From Nemertoderma westbladi (lineage: Eukaryota; Animalia; Xenacoelomorpha): a stretch of DNA of 64,000 nt. The stretch's first letter is position 1, and each line of letters opens with the position of its first letter. The stretch lies in NCBI GenBank assembly GCA_032718475.1, contig JAUCBJ010004959.1, positions 1-64,000 on the forward strand, written 5' to 3'. Shown here piece after piece: positions 36,867-47,689 of the stretch. A program made the position numbers and the translations under genes. Below the pieces are notes generated by a model. The model did not search any database. It was given only the letters and a program-made list of their open reading frames with translations, and was not told the origin of the DNA.

Positions 36867-38423
36867 CCCTATTAAACCCGGGGGGGGGGGGGGTCAATAT
36901 GACCCCCTCCGTGGTTTTTTTATTATAATTCTGAAACATACGCAGTTGGGAATCTGAAACTTTATGACTTTTCCTAAAAATCTATTGTCTTCATGGTAGT
37001 GAAAACCATTTTCAAAAATATTCGGTACTTTTCGAGTTATAGCACCATTTTTAAACCCTACTTTTGGCACTTTTTTTGAGACGTTTTTTGAAAATTACAT
37101 TTCATTAAATATGAATTGTAACATCTCTATTTTTGATTTACACCGGTTTTTTGGTCTTAGAAAGTGGATGGAATTCATATAAATTGATTTAGAAATTTCA
37201 AACTTGTTTTTTTCGATGGGTGCCAAATTTTGGTGCCAGCACCAAATTTTGAAATAAGTCAATTTTGTAAATTGATTGTTTGAAACTTGTTTTTTACGCA
37301 ATTGGGGTTTTTTGAGGTTCTGGATTCGATGAAATATATACGAGTTGAACCAAGCGTATCAAACTTGTATTTTTCGGTGCTGTGTGCTAATTTTGGTGCT
37401 AGCACGAAATTTTAAAAATCCATTCAATATATAAAATTGCTTGTGACAATTTATTTCTTGCGTTTTAGAGGTTTATGGCTGTTCTGAATTCAATGGAAAA
37501 TATAATTATCGAACTAGACATCTCAAACTTGTATTTTTCGGATGTGGGTGCAAAATGTGGTGCTAGCACCAAATTTTGAAAACCATCAAATATATCAATT
37601 GATTGTGTCACCTTGTTTCTTGCGTTATACGGGTTTGTGATGGTTCGGAATTCAATGGAATCAGTAAAAATTTCATAAGAGTTCTCAAACTTGTATTTTT
37701 CGCCGGTGGGGTGAAAATTGTTGTGCCAGCACCAAATTTTGGAAAATATGCAAATTGATAAGTAGATAGTATCACCGTGTTTCTTGCGTTATACGGGTTT
37801 ATGAGGGTCCTGAATCCGATGGAATCAATAAAAACAGCACTGGACATCGCAAACTTGTACTTTTTGGTGATGGGTACGAAATTTGGTGCTAGCACCAAAA
37901 TTTGCTAAATTACGCCGAAAAATACAAGTAGCAATGATCTGGCATATTAGAAATGTATTCCATTAGAATCAGCGCCCTCGAAAACCTGAAAATGTGAATT
38001 TATAGCATCGTATAAGTGAATTAAAAATGTTGTGTTCTAACTGAAAAGTGCTGGTTACTTGTTTTTTTCATTTTTTTCCTACGCAGAGAGGACTAAACAG
38101 CCATTTATAGTAATCATATCATTTTTAAATATGTTCCAATGTATTTTGCACCCCAAAAAACCTGTATTGAAAAATAATTAGCCGAAAATGTAACTTTCAA
38201 ATTTTGTGAAAATTGTGCACTACTTGTAATTTTGGTGCTGCAATATAACCACCCCAGTACATTTTTTCGAAAATTTTTTTTTTCGATCGGATCCAGACAA
38301 GTGATACCTGCGTACAAACAAAAAATCAGACGTTTTCGTAAATATTTGTAGATTTTAGAGGGGGGGTCAATATGACCCCCTCCCGGTATTTGTACAACAT
38401 TTTATAGCCCGGTACTAATAGGG
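36867..38423. mobile_element. piggyBac-like non-autonomous element with an internal ~163-bp tandem array
   Basis: TTAA|CCCTATTAAACCCGGG ... CCCGGTACTAATAGGG|TTAA, subterminal GGGGTCAATATGACCCC palindrome at both ends. Unit anchors AAACTTGT at 37200, 37361, 37525, 37687 and 37851. Confidence 0.85.
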
Positions 38424-38759
38424 TTAAGTGGCCTTCCTTATCCTAGTTGGCATCGAGAGTAGGAATTAGGGGCAACTGGTTACAACTTATAACAACCTCC
38501 TGACTTTTAATAGGAAGTCCGATTTATTACCAATTATCAATTATTTACTTATATTTCAATTAATGCACAGATGGTTCTCATATTTGTCCAACATTCCAGG
38601 ATGTTACAAGTACAAGTACATAATGGATATGGGTACCATGGAGATGGGGTGAATTTTTTGTTATATTATTATATATTTTAAAATCATTAATGGAAATTTA
38701 TAAAAAGTGATGCATTCGACTTCTTTTAAAGAAAATGATTTGTTGTCTACTGTACTTTA

Positions 38760-38875
38760 GGTAGGGGTGGCGCTACTCCCATCCCTTGTTTGCTCCCAGT
38801 AATTTAACTGGTCCTCATTTTATCGACCCCAGTGGATGAAAGGCTGAGTGGACCCTGGCGGGGTCCACTCAGCTT
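38760..38875 (-). mobile_element. SINE core fragment (Deu/Nin-domain-like)
   Basis: Minus strand GGTCCACTCAGCCTTTCATCCACTGGGGTCGATAAAATGAGGACCAG resembles a conserved SINE core domain recalled from invertebrates. Not database-checked. Confidence 0.45.
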
Positions 38876-38898
38876 GAACGCCTGAACATCTGTTTCAG

Positions 38899-39021
38899 AT
38901 GACGATGAGTGCAGTGATGAAACCCATAATTGTGATATCAACGCTGACTGCAACAATAACGAAGGTGGATTTACTTGCACTTGTCATCCTGGCTATTCTG
39001 GAGACGGGGCCACTTGCGATG
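38899..39021 (+). CDS. Calcium-binding EGF exon (phase 1-1), intact
   Basis: tgtttcAG|AT...G|GTATGT, 123 bp, DDDECSDETHNCDINADCNNNEGGFTCTCHPGYSGDGATCD with six Cys and the cbEGF consensus. Confidence 0.75.
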
Positions 39022-39595
39022 GTATGTGTATAGCAACTTTTGTTTGTATATTTAGCTGTATCATAACTATTTACATACTTAGAGAAGTTGATTGGCTCTT
39101 TCTACCAGTGAGATAATTAATTGTTTATAATGCTGCAGCAGATTGGTTGTATTAACCTGCTGATGGGTGTGGCACGAACTAATTGGATTTCCACAATCTG
39201 CTACAATTGGACTTCTGTTAACAATTTCTTTCAGTTTGGAATATGGTCTGACAATGGGATCTTTTCACCCTTCTTTGAAAGAAAATGCATACACTATCAT
39301 TGGCTGTGTAAATGGAAGCATTCACAAAGTGTGTGTATCTCCCACAGTGATCCTTTTCTTCAGTGACCCATGTGTAATACCTGTTGGAGACCCCAATATT
39401 GAATTCTTCCTCCACACTTGGGTTTTTTCTAAGCAGACCAGTTATGACTAGTGGTGGGCTTCTGCAGAGTCTAGTTAAACGGAGACTGACTTTTACTTCT
39501 GCAGACAGGATGATATTCAGTTTGAAAATGTTATGCTGTTCTATGATTTAATATTAAGTCCAATTCACTACCTATCTTATCAATTGTTTACTTAG

Positions 39596-39715
39596 ATGAC
39601 GATGAATGTACTGATGGTTCTCATAACTGCGATTCCAATGCGACTTGCACCAACATTCTGGGAAGTTTCGATTGTAACTGTAATGGGTACCATGGAGAAG
39701 GGTTAATCTGTGATG
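39596..39715 (+). pseudogene. cbEGF exon with a mutated donor site
   Basis: cttAG|AT, DDDECTDGSHNCDSNATCTNILGSFDCNCNGYHGEGLICD, followed by G|CTAAG instead of G|GTAAG. A more decayed paralogue lies at ~38566-38660. Confidence 0.7.
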
Positions 39716-39860
39716 CTAAGATCGTTATATTTATTTTGTAATTTAAATAAGTTCTGCAATTTTACAAAAGGTGATGTAATCGACATTTTTTTCAGACAAA
39801 TTGATTTTATATTTTCTTCTTATATATAAGAACGAATGTTTTGATATACTTCTGTTTCAG

Positions 39861-39968
39861 ATGATGATGAATGCAGTGATGAAACCCATAATTGTGATAT
39901 CAACGCTGACTGCAACAATAATGAAGGTGGATTTACTTGCACTTGTCATCCTGGCTATTCTTGCGATG
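39861..39968 (+). pseudogene. cbEGF exon, duplicate of 38899-39021 with a 15-bp deletion
   Basis: Same acceptor context and sequence, but GYS-GDGAT-CD is shortened to GYS-CD. Confidence 0.7.
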
Positions 39969-41719
39969 GTGTGTGTATTGTGTATAGCCGTGTCGGTTTT
40001 TCCTTTGATCACTATTATTTTATTCATAAATTTTGAATAGTGTAAATATTTTGCTTTGCTATAACAATTGACATACTAGTGAAAAGTAGCAGTTAACATT
40101 GTCATGATCTGAGTGGTTTATTACATGAACGAACATAGTCAGGGAGTCAGATAGTAGTAAGTCACGAGGATTAGTACTTTGCAATACAACAATTATAAAA
40201 TATTATTTAGCTCTATTATAAAATTGTTTGGACTAACGCCTCTCCCCAACAAAATGCGTCACATTCATGTTTACATTTATCAGATAGCGACTTAATTGTG
40301 GGTTCTGTTGTGTGTACTATCTAGGAAGGTATTCCAAACTCAATGATATTTTTGTACTGTCTGAATATGACAATTAGCCTGTCTATGACATTTTGTAGTG
40401 CGTGATTTGGAATTACTTATATACTGTGCAACTGTTGTTACCGGTTTTCCATGGAGTAGATTTGTGCTATTAGTTATCCGGATTTACATGACTGACTGAT
40501 GAGGAATGCGGAAATAATCCATCACTATTCTATGTGAACTACAATGTGGCGTATTCTAATTGACAGTTGTTTGTAGTTAAACATACATTAACTGTGTTTA
40601 GCCACACCTTTATACCCATTCTAAACTGGTATCATTGTAACTAATTAACTAAATTAACGGTACAAATAATGTAACCCTCTGTAGAACAACATTAAACTGA
40701 ATGAACTTTGGCTGGCTTTGATAAATTATATTTTATTTAATCAGCAACAAATAAAATAAGATTATTAATATCCTCCGTTGTATCTATTGTATATAACCCA
40801 CACATATAAATACATACACTCAATTCTGCTCCATCGTAGTTCCTGTTGCTATAAATCTACTTAATTAATACTTGTTACTTAATAATTGTTTAGTATAATA
40901 AAAAATAATCCTCTGCACACACAATATACAAATTTTAATTACACCAGCACCCATGCCCCAGGAATTCTCAAGTAAAAATAAAAAATAAAATAAAAGAAGA
41001 CTACCTGTATTATTTGAGCAAAATGGTATATAATTCAATATGCAAACCAGGTGGCTTAGGGTATAGCTAACACAGTACTCGCCTTTATTACTACTCTCGT
41101 TGGGCTCGTCCTCTACATCTGGTCACCAAGTATATAACTTACAACATCCAGTACTGAACAAAATGGTAAATCGTCCAACATGCTAATATGGAAATATAAT
41201 ATAATAGGCCTATTTAACACGTCCAATATGGATGAATGATTTAATAATCAAATACTATATAATATATAATAATAATATAAAATATATAAATTTTGGCACT
41301 ACTCCAAGTGGGTGGAGAGTTTTATGTAGTGGGCATGTCCAAGGGTAATTGCCACCTGGGAGAGGAGGGAGGGTTCATGACTCGAGGTGGGAGATTACTG
41401 TGACATCTAGTGCTATGGGTTGACCCCTTTTCCAGTTTGGGAGGAACACATCAGCAGGGCGAGTGAGAGAGCAATGGATCAGAGGCCATGGAGTTCACTC
41501 CTGGGCACTGGAGTGGCTGATTGAGTAGCTTGGAAGATAGCATCCCAGAATAAGTCATGGTGGGATATCCTGTATCCTTCACCATCACAGCCAATATGGT
41601 GGAGCCTGAATTCCTGGTTTCGGAAGTGTAGGCCCAGGCTCTTAGACTACTACTACTACTAGTACTACTACGATCGGTATGCTTTATTGCAGCTGCATTA
41701 TATATATATTACATATATA

Positions 41720-42520
41720 TTAAGAATGCTGTGCCGGCTTGTCATCAAAATTGTGCCTCCACAACTCCCTATCACCCATAACATTTGCTAGATCATCTGC
41801 ATCTTCAAGGCCAGTGTCCTTTGAGATGCGTTTCAAGAAAGTCATGGGCTGTCCACCATGCTTATTCACTCCCAGAGGCCACAATAGCACTTGCTTCATT
41901 CACTGGCTGGTCCTCATGGCTAAAGCAATATCATGCAACGCGGAGGCGGTTCCATTCAAGTGTCAAGCCAGGGAATACTAATGAAATACCTCGAATGTTG
42001 TATAAAGTCTGATTGGAGATCTGTTCATTGTACTTGACACAATGATCCCAGCGCAGCATTCTTGTGAAAGTGCCATCCTGAAATTTGGTATCCTATGCAG
42101 TTAGAGCCCAGCATGGACTCCCATATAAGAGTACAGGTACTACTACTGCCATAAATAATCGAACCTTAAGGTTCCGTTTTATTCTATGGGACTTCCAAAT
42201 CCTGGACAGACTAATTAGCAGACCATGCCTTCCCCTTATGTATCCGAAGGTCTTCACCTGACTTTCTGATCCATGATCCCATGTAGCAGAAGCAGAAGTC
42301 ATCCACATGCTCAAGCAAGCCATCCTTAGGGCTTATGCCTTTACTATTAGACATTTCTTGAGGGCTGTCTAGGTTGACTGTCATGATTTTGGTCTTCTTG
42401 GAATTTACAAAAAGACCAACACTAGAAGCAGCCTGCTCCAATGAGCAGAGAAGCCTTTTGGCTCCCTCTAGTGATTCTGACAGTACCCCTAACAGCAAAG
42501 TCTAGATCAGTAAGGCTTTT
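41720..42520 (-). mobile_element. RTE-clade LINE 3' remnant
   Basis: Frameshifted minus-strand ORFs read LTDLDFA.., LEQAASSVGLFVNSKKTKIM, HVDDFC..MGSWI, RIWKSHRIKRNLKVRLFMAVVVPVLLYGSPCWALT. Confidence 0.85.
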
Positions 42521-42726
42521 AGACGGAATGGCCTGAAGCCAGTCCCCAGCATGGTGCAAATCCGTGCAGTTGCCATGGGCCTGGTGCAAGATATACACCT
42601 GTACAGGCTGATCAGTTTTGAGATTGCAGATTCTGGGCTGCCCCAGGGCTGTCATCTCACTACTATAGTATAGTCTTGTAATTCTCATTAGTTACTGTTG
42701 TTTATTTGAAAGATTATATTCGTAGA

Positions 42727-43299
42727 ATGGAGATTTCATATCGGTGTGTTTTTGTGCTACTTTGTGCTGCTTTGCAATTTACGATATGCACTGCTGTCAG
42801 TTGTGAAACCGGATTGGCGAAGATGTCGGTCAAGGTGGATGACAAAGTCATTGAAGAAGCGATTGGTGATTTATTTCCCGCTCCTCCACCTACAACCACT
42901 GAAAATGATTGTATTTATTGTCAGGATATTTCTCAGTTATTGGGAGGTACAATGGATCAGGGTGATAAGAAATACAAAATGCTAATTGCTGTCCAGGATC
43001 TTAAGTGCGTAAAAGCAGAGGCCTGTTTGGCTTTTAATCAGGAAGAATGCCCTAGTGTGGTTAGGGAGGAAATGGATGGCGGGAATGAGGAGTTGCACAA
43101 AATGTTTTCATCAATAAATATACAGTGTGAAATTCAGTGTTGCAAGGGGACCTGCCCAGATACGGTGTGGAAGAATAGCCCCATCGGTGTCGGGGGTGAA
43201 GTCGATTGGACTAACGCTTTGTTCTCGGATGCCCGCCATCAATCAGCTCCAATTGCTATTCTACTTGTTGCTATGGCAGTAGCCGTGCAATTGTTTTAG
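42727..43299 (+). CDS. Single-exon secreted, probably GPI-anchored, Cys-rich protein (divergent Ly6/uPAR three-finger-like), 190 aa
   Basis: ATG at 42727. Signal peptide MEISYRCVFVLLCAALQFTICTA, 10 Cys in the mature part ending CEIQCCKGTC, and C-terminal small residues plus hydrophobic tail SDARHQSAPIAILLVAMAVAVQLF-stop. Confidence 0.8.
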   Translation: MEISYRCVFVLLCAALQFTICTAVSCETGLAKMSVKVDDKVIEEAIGDLFPAPPPTTTENDCIYCQDISQLLGGTMDQGDKKYKMLIAVQDLKCVKAEACLAFNQEECPSVVREEMDGGNEELHKMFSSINIQCEIQCCKGTCPDTVWKNSPIGVGGEVDWTNALFSDARHQSAPIAILLVAMAVAVQLF

Positions 43300-43580
43300 G
43301 GGACTCACATTAGATATTAACAGACACACCTTAATTTCTGTACTAAGATATCTTATTTATCACAATGTGGTAGTTATGTGTAGAGTATTTCATATAAATA
43401 TTAGTTAATGATAATTTCAAATACTGCAAATGTATTTATGTCTGATTTCGAAAAGCCTGTTTGGAAAGATTGAGTTGCAGTAGTAGTTGAAATCGATGAA
43501 TCATTGTTTAATTCAGCTAGAAAATCCGTTATTTGAGCAAAAATGACTTTTTAAAGTCTTCACATTATTTACACAGCTAA

Positions 43581-44386
43581 AGGCCCGTTCACATCCAACG
43601 GAACGGTACACCGCGCGGTGTACCGCGCAGTGTACCGCGCAGGGCCAGCGGTACACCGCGCGGTGTACCGCGCAGGGCCAACGGTACACCGCATGGTGTA
43701 CCGCGCAGGGCTAGCGGTACACCGCGTGGTGTACCGCGCAGGGCCAGCGGTACACCGCGGGGTGTACCGCACAGGGCCAGCGGTACACCGCATGGTGTAC
43801 CGCGCAGGGCCAACGGTACACCGCGTGGTGTACCGCGCAGGGCCAGCGGTACACCGCGTGGTGTACCGCGCAGGGCCAGCGGTACACCGCGTGGTGTACC
43901 GCGCAGGGCCAACGGTACACCGCGTGGTGTACCGCGCAGGGTCAACGGTACACCGCGTGGTGTACCGCGCAGGGCCAACGGTACACCGCGTGGTGTACCG
44001 CGCAGGGCCAGCGGTACACCGCGTGGTGTACCGCGCAGGGCCAGCGGTACACCGCGTGGTGTACCGCGCAGGGCCAACGGTACACCGCGTGGTGTACCGC
44101 GCAGGGCCAACGGTACACCGCGTGGTGTACCGCGCAGGGCCAGCGGTACACCGCTGACTGTGAACGACCAAACAGGTAGTTGTGCGCTAAACCACGCGGG
44201 TTTACTGCAGCCCATTTAAACAATGTTAAAACAATTAATGTAATTTCCTGTTGAATTCACAGCCGACAGATAAACAATCAGTTACCGCAACGGTACCGTT
44301 AGGTGTGAACGGGCTCCGGGTAGTAAACCGCTGGCTTACCGCTAGACTACTTTACCGCTCATGAACCATTGGATGTGAACGGGGCT
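43581..44386. mobile_element. PIF/Harbinger-like MITE
   Basis: TAA-AGGCCCGTTCACATCCAACGG ... CCATTGGATGTGAACGGGGCT-TTA, a 21-bp TIR with 2 mismatches and TWA/TA target. Confidence 0.7.
43604..44154. repeat. 33-bp GC-rich palindromic minisatellite (~16 units) inside the MITE
   Basis: Unit GCGGTACACC-GCGT-GGTGTACCGC-GCAGGGCCA: each unit contains a 10-bp perfect stem. Confidence 0.95.
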
Positions 44387-45352
44387 TTAGCTAATCAATA
44401 TCTCAAAACGTAATTATAATACTTAACATGCATAGTATTAATTGCAGTAAAGCATCAATTAATTATAGTTAAAAATTTCACTGTCATCATTACGCAATTT
44501 GTTTATTAGTACCTGTGTCTGCCATCATTACTGTACTGGTATTTAATAATTGTTGAAATATTATTATCATAGTAAATTATTTGTGATTTAGCACAATTAA
44601 TAGAATCTAGGAATAAACACATGATTTAATATATATTTCAAAATAATGTTGATTAAAACCTGACAATTGTTTGTCTTATTTAGATGCGAGATCGAATTAT
44701 TACACATAAATTATGAGTTTGATTATAAATATATTAATAACATTTTTACTAATTTTTGTAAATCTTAGAGGTATATGTGCTAGGGAGGTGGGTGTTTACC
44801 TTTACTTCCCCAACCAGTGTTACAAACAAGCAGTCTGCTACAGAGGCCGTAGCCGATCTAAGGCAGATCGGCTACTCCGTCCATAGCCTATGGGCTCGAA
44901 AAATAGACATAAACGAAAAACGCTATTGACGCAATGGTAAAATAACACCAATAACAGCTGGTGTCGTGATGAAAAATGGCTTATGTAATGTATTTTTATA
45001 CAGGCTTAGGCTTAAGTGTTTTATAGCCAGTGCATATACTAATTCGTTTATTGTTTTGGTTAGATTCCAGCCCTTCTGTAACTTGTGTTATTGGTGAAAA
45101 CCTGGTATTCTTCACATGGGTGTAAATGCAAAGTGAAATATAACGGCAGAAAGTCAGGTATTCTTCACGTGGGCCCCATGCCTAATAATAATAAAATTAT
45201 TAATAAAGTTCAAAGGCGCGTGGTCGGAATTGAGTTACTGTGGAAAGACTAAGGTGAAGAAGTGAGTTTTTGCATAGGCGTTTTTGTATAGGCACTATTA
45301 AAAGTTACTGGTGCAGTGTAGGTGAATGCTCGTTGACCGTATGTTTTTAAAA

Positions 45353-46902
45353 CCCTATTAAACCCGGGGGGAGGTCAATATGACCCCCCACCCCATGGTT
45401 TTTTGATTATAATTCTGAAACAAACGCAGTTGGGAATCTGAAATTTTATGACTTTTCCTAAAAATCTATTGTCTTCCTAGTAGTGAAAACCGTTTCCAAA
45501 AATATTGGGTAGTTTTCGAGTTATAGCACCATTTTTTAACCCTACTTTTGGCACTTTTTTGAGACGTTTTTTGAAAATTTCATTTTATTAAATATGAATT
45601 GTTACATGTCTATTTTTGATTTACACCGGTTTTTTTGGTGTTAGCAATTGGATGGAATTCATATAAATTGATTTAGAAATTTCAAACATGTTTTTTTCGG
45701 CGGGTACCAAATTTTGGTGCCAGTACCAAATTTTGAAAGATGTCAATTTTGTAAATTGATTGTTTGAAACTTGTGTTTTACGCAATTGGGTTTTTTGGGG
45801 TTCTTGTTTCGATGGAATATATACGAGTTGCACCAAGCGTATCAAACTTGTATTTTTGGTGCTGCGTGCAAATTTTGGTGCTAGCACGAAATTTTGAAAA
45901 TCCATTCAATAGATAAAATTGCTTGTGACAATTTATTTCTTGCGTTTTAGATGTTTATGGCTGTTCTGAATTCAATGCAATATATAATTATCGAACTAGA
46001 CATATCAAACTTGTATTATTCGGAAGTGGGTGCAAAATGTGGTGCTACCAACAAATTTTGAAAACCATCAAATATATCAATTGATTGTGTCATCTTGTTT
46101 CTTGCGTTATACGGGTTTGTTAGGGTTCTGAATTCAATGGAAGCAGTAAAAATTTCATAAGAGTTTTCAAACTTGTATTTTTCGATGGTGAAAATTGTTA
46201 TGCCAGCACCAAATTTTAGAAAATAAGCAATTTGATCAGTAGATAGTATCATCTTGTTTCTTGCGTTATACGGGTTTATGAAGGTCCTGAATCCGATGGA
46301 ATCAATAAAAACAGCACTGGACATCGCAAACTTGTACTTTTTGGTGATGGGTACGAAATTTGGTGCTAGCAACAAAATTTGCCAGATGTCGCCGAAAGAT
46401 ACAAGTAGCAATGAGCTGGCATATTAGAAATGTATTCCATTAGAATCAGCGCCCTAGAAAACCTGAATATGTGAATTTATAGCATCGTATAAGTGAATTA
46501 AAAATTTTATGTTCTATCTGAAAAGTGCTGGTTACTTATTTTTTTAAGTTTTTTCCTACTCAGAGAGGACTAAACCGTCATTTATTGTAATCATATCATT
46601 TTTAAATATTTTTAAATGTATTTTGCGCCCCAGAAAACCTGTATTGAGAAACAATTAGCCGAAAAGTGTAACTTTCAAATTTTGTGAAAATTGTGCACTA
46701 CTTGTTATTTTGGTGCTGCAATAAAACCACCCAGTACATTTTTTCGAAATTTTTTTTTCGGTCGGATCCAGACTAGTGATACCTACGTACAAACAAAAAA
46801 TCAGATGTTTTCGTAAAATTTGTAGATTGGGTGGGTCAATATGACCCCCCCCCCCCCCCCCCCGGTATTTGTACAACATTTTATAGCCCGGTACTAATAG
46901 GG
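45353..46902. mobile_element. Second copy of the piggyBac-like element
   Basis: Colinear with 36867-38423, same TIRs, right TTAA intact, left flank TTTAAAA. Confidence 0.85.
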
Positions 46903-47689
46903 TTAAGTTAAATTTGGGTACAATTAGAGTCAATAGTTGTTGTGTGCGGGTTGGGTTATTATTTGGCATCAATATGTCAAGATTGTATTCGGGACTGAGT
47001 TTGATAATGGCTTTCCATGTGATTGAGCAATCTTGTATTTGATCCTATATCTTACTGGTAACCAGTGTAGTTCTTTAGTGTAGATTTTTAATGATCCTAG
47101 CGCAGTTATCCTGGGCAACTTGTAGAAAAGTATACCCACGTATGCAATAGTAGTAGACTAGTAGTATTATTATATTCGCATTGCATTGTTGTCGAGTTAC
47201 TTTATGAGATAAACAAAACGTTGCAGAATATGGTGCATTTATGAAATAGAACACTGTAAATGGCCTGCAGCAATGGCAGATAGGAGGAACTGGACGTAGA
47301 TAGGGGGGGACTGGACGTATTAAAAATTCATCCCTCTCCAGGGGAAATTGGACTTCAAATAACAGCGGATTACTCTCAAAAATAAAACTGTATCCTGTTC
47401 TATTGTATTTAGTTTATTGTTTTGGTCGATGGTTAATAACGTGCCATTGTAACATGTTCCTTAGAGAATTTTACATTGAGGCGGGATATTAATTCGCCAA
47501 GATGGGATTTGCGTCCGTTTCCCCCATTGTCTCAGCAAAGGACGCAAATACATGCAACATTCGCCACATTGCCTCATATTGTCTCATATTATTAACTCGT
47601 GGATCAGGTTAGGTACGGTACCAGACCTCTTTGGTAAAACTATTATAACAACACTTCACAAGGGTCGGGATCGCCTCCTCACTTCCTCC

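Noticed and set aside
39801-40040. 79-aa hydrophobic membrane-protein ORF
   Set aside because: Wrong-frame reading across an intron and the cbEGF exon at 39861-39968.
43604-44154. CRISPR-like array (33-bp palindromic repeats)
   Set aside because: Units are head-to-tail with no unique spacers, there are no cas genes, the context is eukaryotic, and the array lies inside a TIR element.
43569-44223. Overlapping 180-208-aa ORFs on both strands
   Set aside because: By-product of a stop-free 33-bp GC-rich repeat.
44849-44875. Hairpin GTAGCCGATCT-AAGGC-AGATCGGCTAC as a terminator or Helitron end
   Set aside because: No U-tract, no adjacent CTRR terminus and no matching other end that I could identify.
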